Shown piece by piece: positions 21,100 to 24,468 of a stretch of DNA of 24,468 nt (position 1 is its first letter; the number at the start of each line of letters is the position of its first letter). A program made the translations under genes and the position numbers. Location: positions 1 through 24,468 of the forward strand of contig NW_021836387.1 of the NCBI RefSeq assembly GCF_006345805.1, in the 5' to 3' direction. Source of the DNA: Octopus sinensis. Its lineage: Eukaryota. The notes below the pieces were generated by a model. The model was not told the DNA's origin, did not search any database, and worked only from the letters and a program-made list of their open reading frames with translations.

Positions 21100-21396
21100 A
21101 TGGCTTAGTGGTAAGAGTTGCACTCACGATTGCGAGATCGTGGGTTCGATTCCTTGACCGGGCGTTGCATTGTGTACTTGAGCAAAGCACTTGATTTCAC
21201 GTTGCTCTGCGATAATTTCGTAATGTAGCATGTGGCACACAGTGTGTCCTTGCTGGTAATGTCGATTTGATGGAGGGAGTGAGCTTATGTGCACACAAAC
21301 ATTTAATCACCATAAACAAATCATCTGTGTGGTTGTTCGGCAAGAAATTTTCTGAACACCCTCATACGTCGTGTAACGACGGAATAGTCCGTGATA
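21100..21396 (+). mobile_element. SINE with a family B-type head and a third body/tail
   Basis: TGGCTTAGTGG A box, GGTTCGATTCC B box, TGTGTACTTGAGCAAAGCACTTGATTTCACGTTGCTC core, then sequence unrelated to the other two B copies. Confidence 0.8.
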
Positions 21397-21519
21397 TATA
21401 ATTAATGCTTCCGAGGTTCTACTAAGAAACATATGTAGCCTGCATTTTTTCTACACCATTCCCTAATTTTGCGTTTCTTTCCGCATAGGCAGCAACCCCT
21501 GCTGCTAACCGTAAGCTAT

Positions 21520-22090
21520 AAAACAACCTTTTGAGCCTATATTTTCGTTTCAGGAGGAATACTTTCAGTTCTACAAGACGACTTTCACATCTATTTGGAT
21601 CTGTAACCAAGGAACAAGTATGTCTTGGCTATATGAAAGAGAATATTTCTTTTAATAAGGGTTGGACGGCAAGATCTAAAATCTAAGTATTGATATGTGT
21701 TCCTATCCTTCAAGTAGAAAGTTGATGTAACAGTCTGTTTTTCCTTAATTAAAACGTTCCAAAAATGAAGTTCCCTTCCATTCATTTCCCTAGTGAATTG
21801 CATCGATTCAGGAAAGCAATTTATGATTTCAAGGAATCTTGTAAGGCATTCCTTAACTCTGATCTAAAATATAAAGCAGTCATTCAGGAATCAAATCCAG
21901 TCTTATATAAAAAGAGGATTGAAAATGGTAATCAAAAGCAACCTCAGATTGGGCATAGATATTTTCCTCTAAGAAACCTGTCACTAGTGCTGCAAGCGTG
22001 GATGCAACAATTGAGCCTGTGGCCGTCCATTTTATTTATTACCATAAAAAGTAGTTATTTTCTTGCACAGATCATAAAATTTTCTTCTGA
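21520..22090 (-). mobile_element. Degenerate Penelope-like element reverse transcriptase fragment
   Basis: Hand translation across stops and frameshifts: ENNYF ... TATGSIVASTLAALVTGFLEE (GTAMG-like motif B, 22016-22028) ... W..FLNDCFIF (YxDD-like, 21879-21890) ... QFTRE...LHFWNV...YQYLDFRSCRP..IKRNI ... VTDP...RL.ELK.FLLKRKY (thumb). Confidence 0.85.
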
Positions 22091-22667
22091 GCCCTTATGG
22101 GAATATCTCCTGAATTATGCGTAGGTAATTATCTATGAGGTATTCCACTGTTTCAAATATTAATCGACATATAAATGACCATTATGAAGGGCAAAAGGGA
22201 ATTTTTATACGAATTCTTAATTCGAAACTGTGACAAAACTTACGCTTATATATATATATATACATGTAATCCATACGTTAATATATATATATATATTAAT
22301 ATATATATTATATATAATATATATATATATTATATATATATCGGAAGGTTTGGAGATTATGTACAGGTATTATATATTAGAAAATTGAGGTAATCAGATC
22401 AGATGGTTCATATTTGTAGTATTTATTTATATATTACATTTTTTACATATATCTCATATCATTCGGATTAGCGCTTGCTCCCATTCTAGTGGGTTATGTA
22501 TATATTATACATACGTACATTAAATACAATATATACATGTATATGTATGTATATATATATATATATATATATACATAATGTGTATATATATATATAATAT
22601 ATATATAATATATATTATATATATATATATATATATAATATATATATATGAATGTATGTGTGTATAT

Positions 22668-23084
22668 AGCGCATGCGTAGCTGTATGGCAAGAAGCTTGT
22701 TTCGCTACTACTTGGTTCTGGGTTCAGTCCCAATGCGTGGCACCTTCGGTGTCTTCTTCTATAGCCTCGGGTAGATCAAAGCCTTATGAGTGGACTTGGT
22801 AGAGAGAAACTGAAAGAATCCCGTGGTACATATATATATGGTGTGTGTGTGTGTATGTATCTATACGTTTATATTTGTGTGTCTGTGTCTGTGTCTGTCA
22901 CTCTACCATCGCTTGGCAACCGAAATTGGTGTTTACGCCCTCGTAACCTAGCGGTTTTGCAAAAGAGACGGATACAATAAGTACTAGGCTTCCAAAAATA
23001 AGTTCTGGGGTCGATTCTTTCGACGAAAGGCAGTTCTCCAGCATGGCCTTAGTCAATTGAACTGAAACCAGTAAAAGAATAAAA
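22668..23084 (+). mobile_element. SINE family A, full length, diverged
   Basis: Head with GGGTTCAGTCCC, internal microsatellite and GTAAAAGAATAAAA tail, all collinear with 18610-19000. Confidence 0.9.
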
Positions 23085-23093
23085 TTATTATAT

Positions 23094-23130
<37 letters not shown>

Positions 23131-23137
23131 TACATAT

Positions 23138-23231
23138 ATTTATTTTATAGAAGGAGCTTCTACAGAACTAGAACTGTTTCATTTGAATGAAACAGTTCTA
23201 GTCCTGTAGAAGCTCCTTCTATAAAATAAAT
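23138..23231. repeat. 94-bp palindrome (46-bp arms, 1 mismatch, 2-nt centre)
   Basis: 23138-23183 is the reverse complement of 23186-23231 except for one A/G difference. Confidence 0.96.
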
Positions 23232-23505
23232 TAATTTACTCTGCTATGTATTGAGTACCTTATTTACTGTGGTTAACACCGACTCAACCCGGGACCTACA
23301 TATATATACATAATATATATATATATATATATACAATATATTATATATATTATATATATATTGTATACATAATATGTGTATATTATATATGTATATATAT
23401 TTATATATGTAATATATACTATATATATATATGTATGCATATTATATATATTATATATATTATAAATATATATACATACACACATACATATTTCATATGT
23501 GCATA

Positions 23506-23643
23506 TATACGGCGTGCTTCGTTCGATTTCCGTCTAACAAATCTAATCTGCCCTTGCGTCTTGTAGAGACACAAGTTGCCATGTAGTGAGTCTGAACCCC
23601 CGAGCCATGTTGCTGGGAAGCAAGCTTCTTACCACACAGCCAC
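23506..23643 (-). mobile_element. SINE family A 5' half, degenerate
   Basis: The minus strand reads GTGGCTGTGTGGTAAGAAGCTTGCTTCCCAGCAACATGG..GGGTTCAGACTC. Confidence 0.8.
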
Positions 23644-23666
23644 AAATATATGTGTGTGTTTTTATT

Positions 23667-23709
<43 letters not shown>

Positions 23710-23879
23710 GTATACACACGCATATATACACACATATCTGTACGTACATACGTATAAATTTATGTATGTATGTATTCAATATTATAATAAGGATTAATTA
23801 TAATTATCATCTTCATTATTTTGGTAAACATCATCATCAGGACTAATTTAAATTCATTAACCTAAATATATTTGCATAA

Positions 23880-24330
23880 GTGAGTGGGTTTGTGAGGTTG
23901 TGTAAGTTCTGTGTGTGTGTGTGTATGTGTGTGTGAGTGTGTGTGTATGTGTGTGCATGTATATGTTTCAATGTAAGTCAGTGTATGTGTAAATGTGTGT
24001 GTATAGGAGAACGTATGTTTATGATACTTTGCAAGAGGGTGAGGAATTGTGTGTGTTTGTGTTTGTGTGTATGTGTGTGTGCGTGCGTGTGTGTGTGTAT
24101 GTGTGTGAGTTGGTCAGTCAGTATATCGGTTTTATTTTGTGCGTATGCATGTGCGCGATTATGAGTATAGGAAGGCCTGTGTGCAAATGAGTCGCTATAT
24201 GCATGTATGTGTGTGTGTGTGTGTGTCTGTCTGTGTATGCCTATGTTAGAACATAAATGTGTCTATATGTGTGTGTATGTTTGTGTTTGTGCGTGTGTGT
24301 CTGTGTATGTGCGTGTCTGTGTCTGTGATA
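23880..24330. repeat. Degenerate (TG)n-rich tract
   Basis: Direct reading; it explains the CV-rich ORFs. Confidence 0.9.
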
Positions 24331-24468
24331 ACAGTTAAATTATTAGAAAACGTTACACTTATTTCGCTAGCAATTTGTTTCCGAGTTAATTAATAGTTTT
24401 AATTAATTGAAATGGAAAAAAGAACAACAATAAAGCATTCAAATAAAAATAAAAAAGTAGATTATTAC

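Noticed and set aside
21765-22124. 119-aa plus-strand ORF as a host gene
   Set aside because: It is the antisense frame of the Penelope-like RT remnant.
1-24468. CRISPR array, rRNA or prokaryotic operon
   Set aside because: There are no regularly spaced repeats with unique spacers, no rRNA motifs and no gene-dense coding; the window is eukaryotic repeat DNA.

Overview
AT-rich, repeat-saturated non-coding animal DNA. The SINE families, the (TA)n/(GATA)n density and the LINE remnants look like a coleoid cephalopod (octopus-type) genome; that assignment is inference from recalled repeat families. No host protein-coding gene is supported. Most supplied ORFs are translated microsatellites or SINEs. 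The recognisable coding remnants all belong to transposons: an R4/Dong-like LINE (9973-10585), a CR1 3' end (13373-13785), a probable Tx1/L1-like 3' end inside (GATA)n (14871-15324), an internally deleted mariner nested in a SINE (19829-20393) and a degenerate Penelope-like RT (about 21520-22090, minus). At least four tRNA-derived SINE families are present. The most notable pattern is a dispersed set of hammerhead-ribozyme-like motifs (4341-4411, 6852-6940, 10629-10663, 15783-15818, 18100-18135, plus partial ones). They sit in short elements next to (TA)n tracts, in a partial tandem duplication and in fold-back palindromes, which fits non-autonomous Penelope-like or retrozyme-like elements. 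All structures were folded and aligned by eye. Many copy-to-copy differences are single-base indels, so some details may be sequencing or assembly error.
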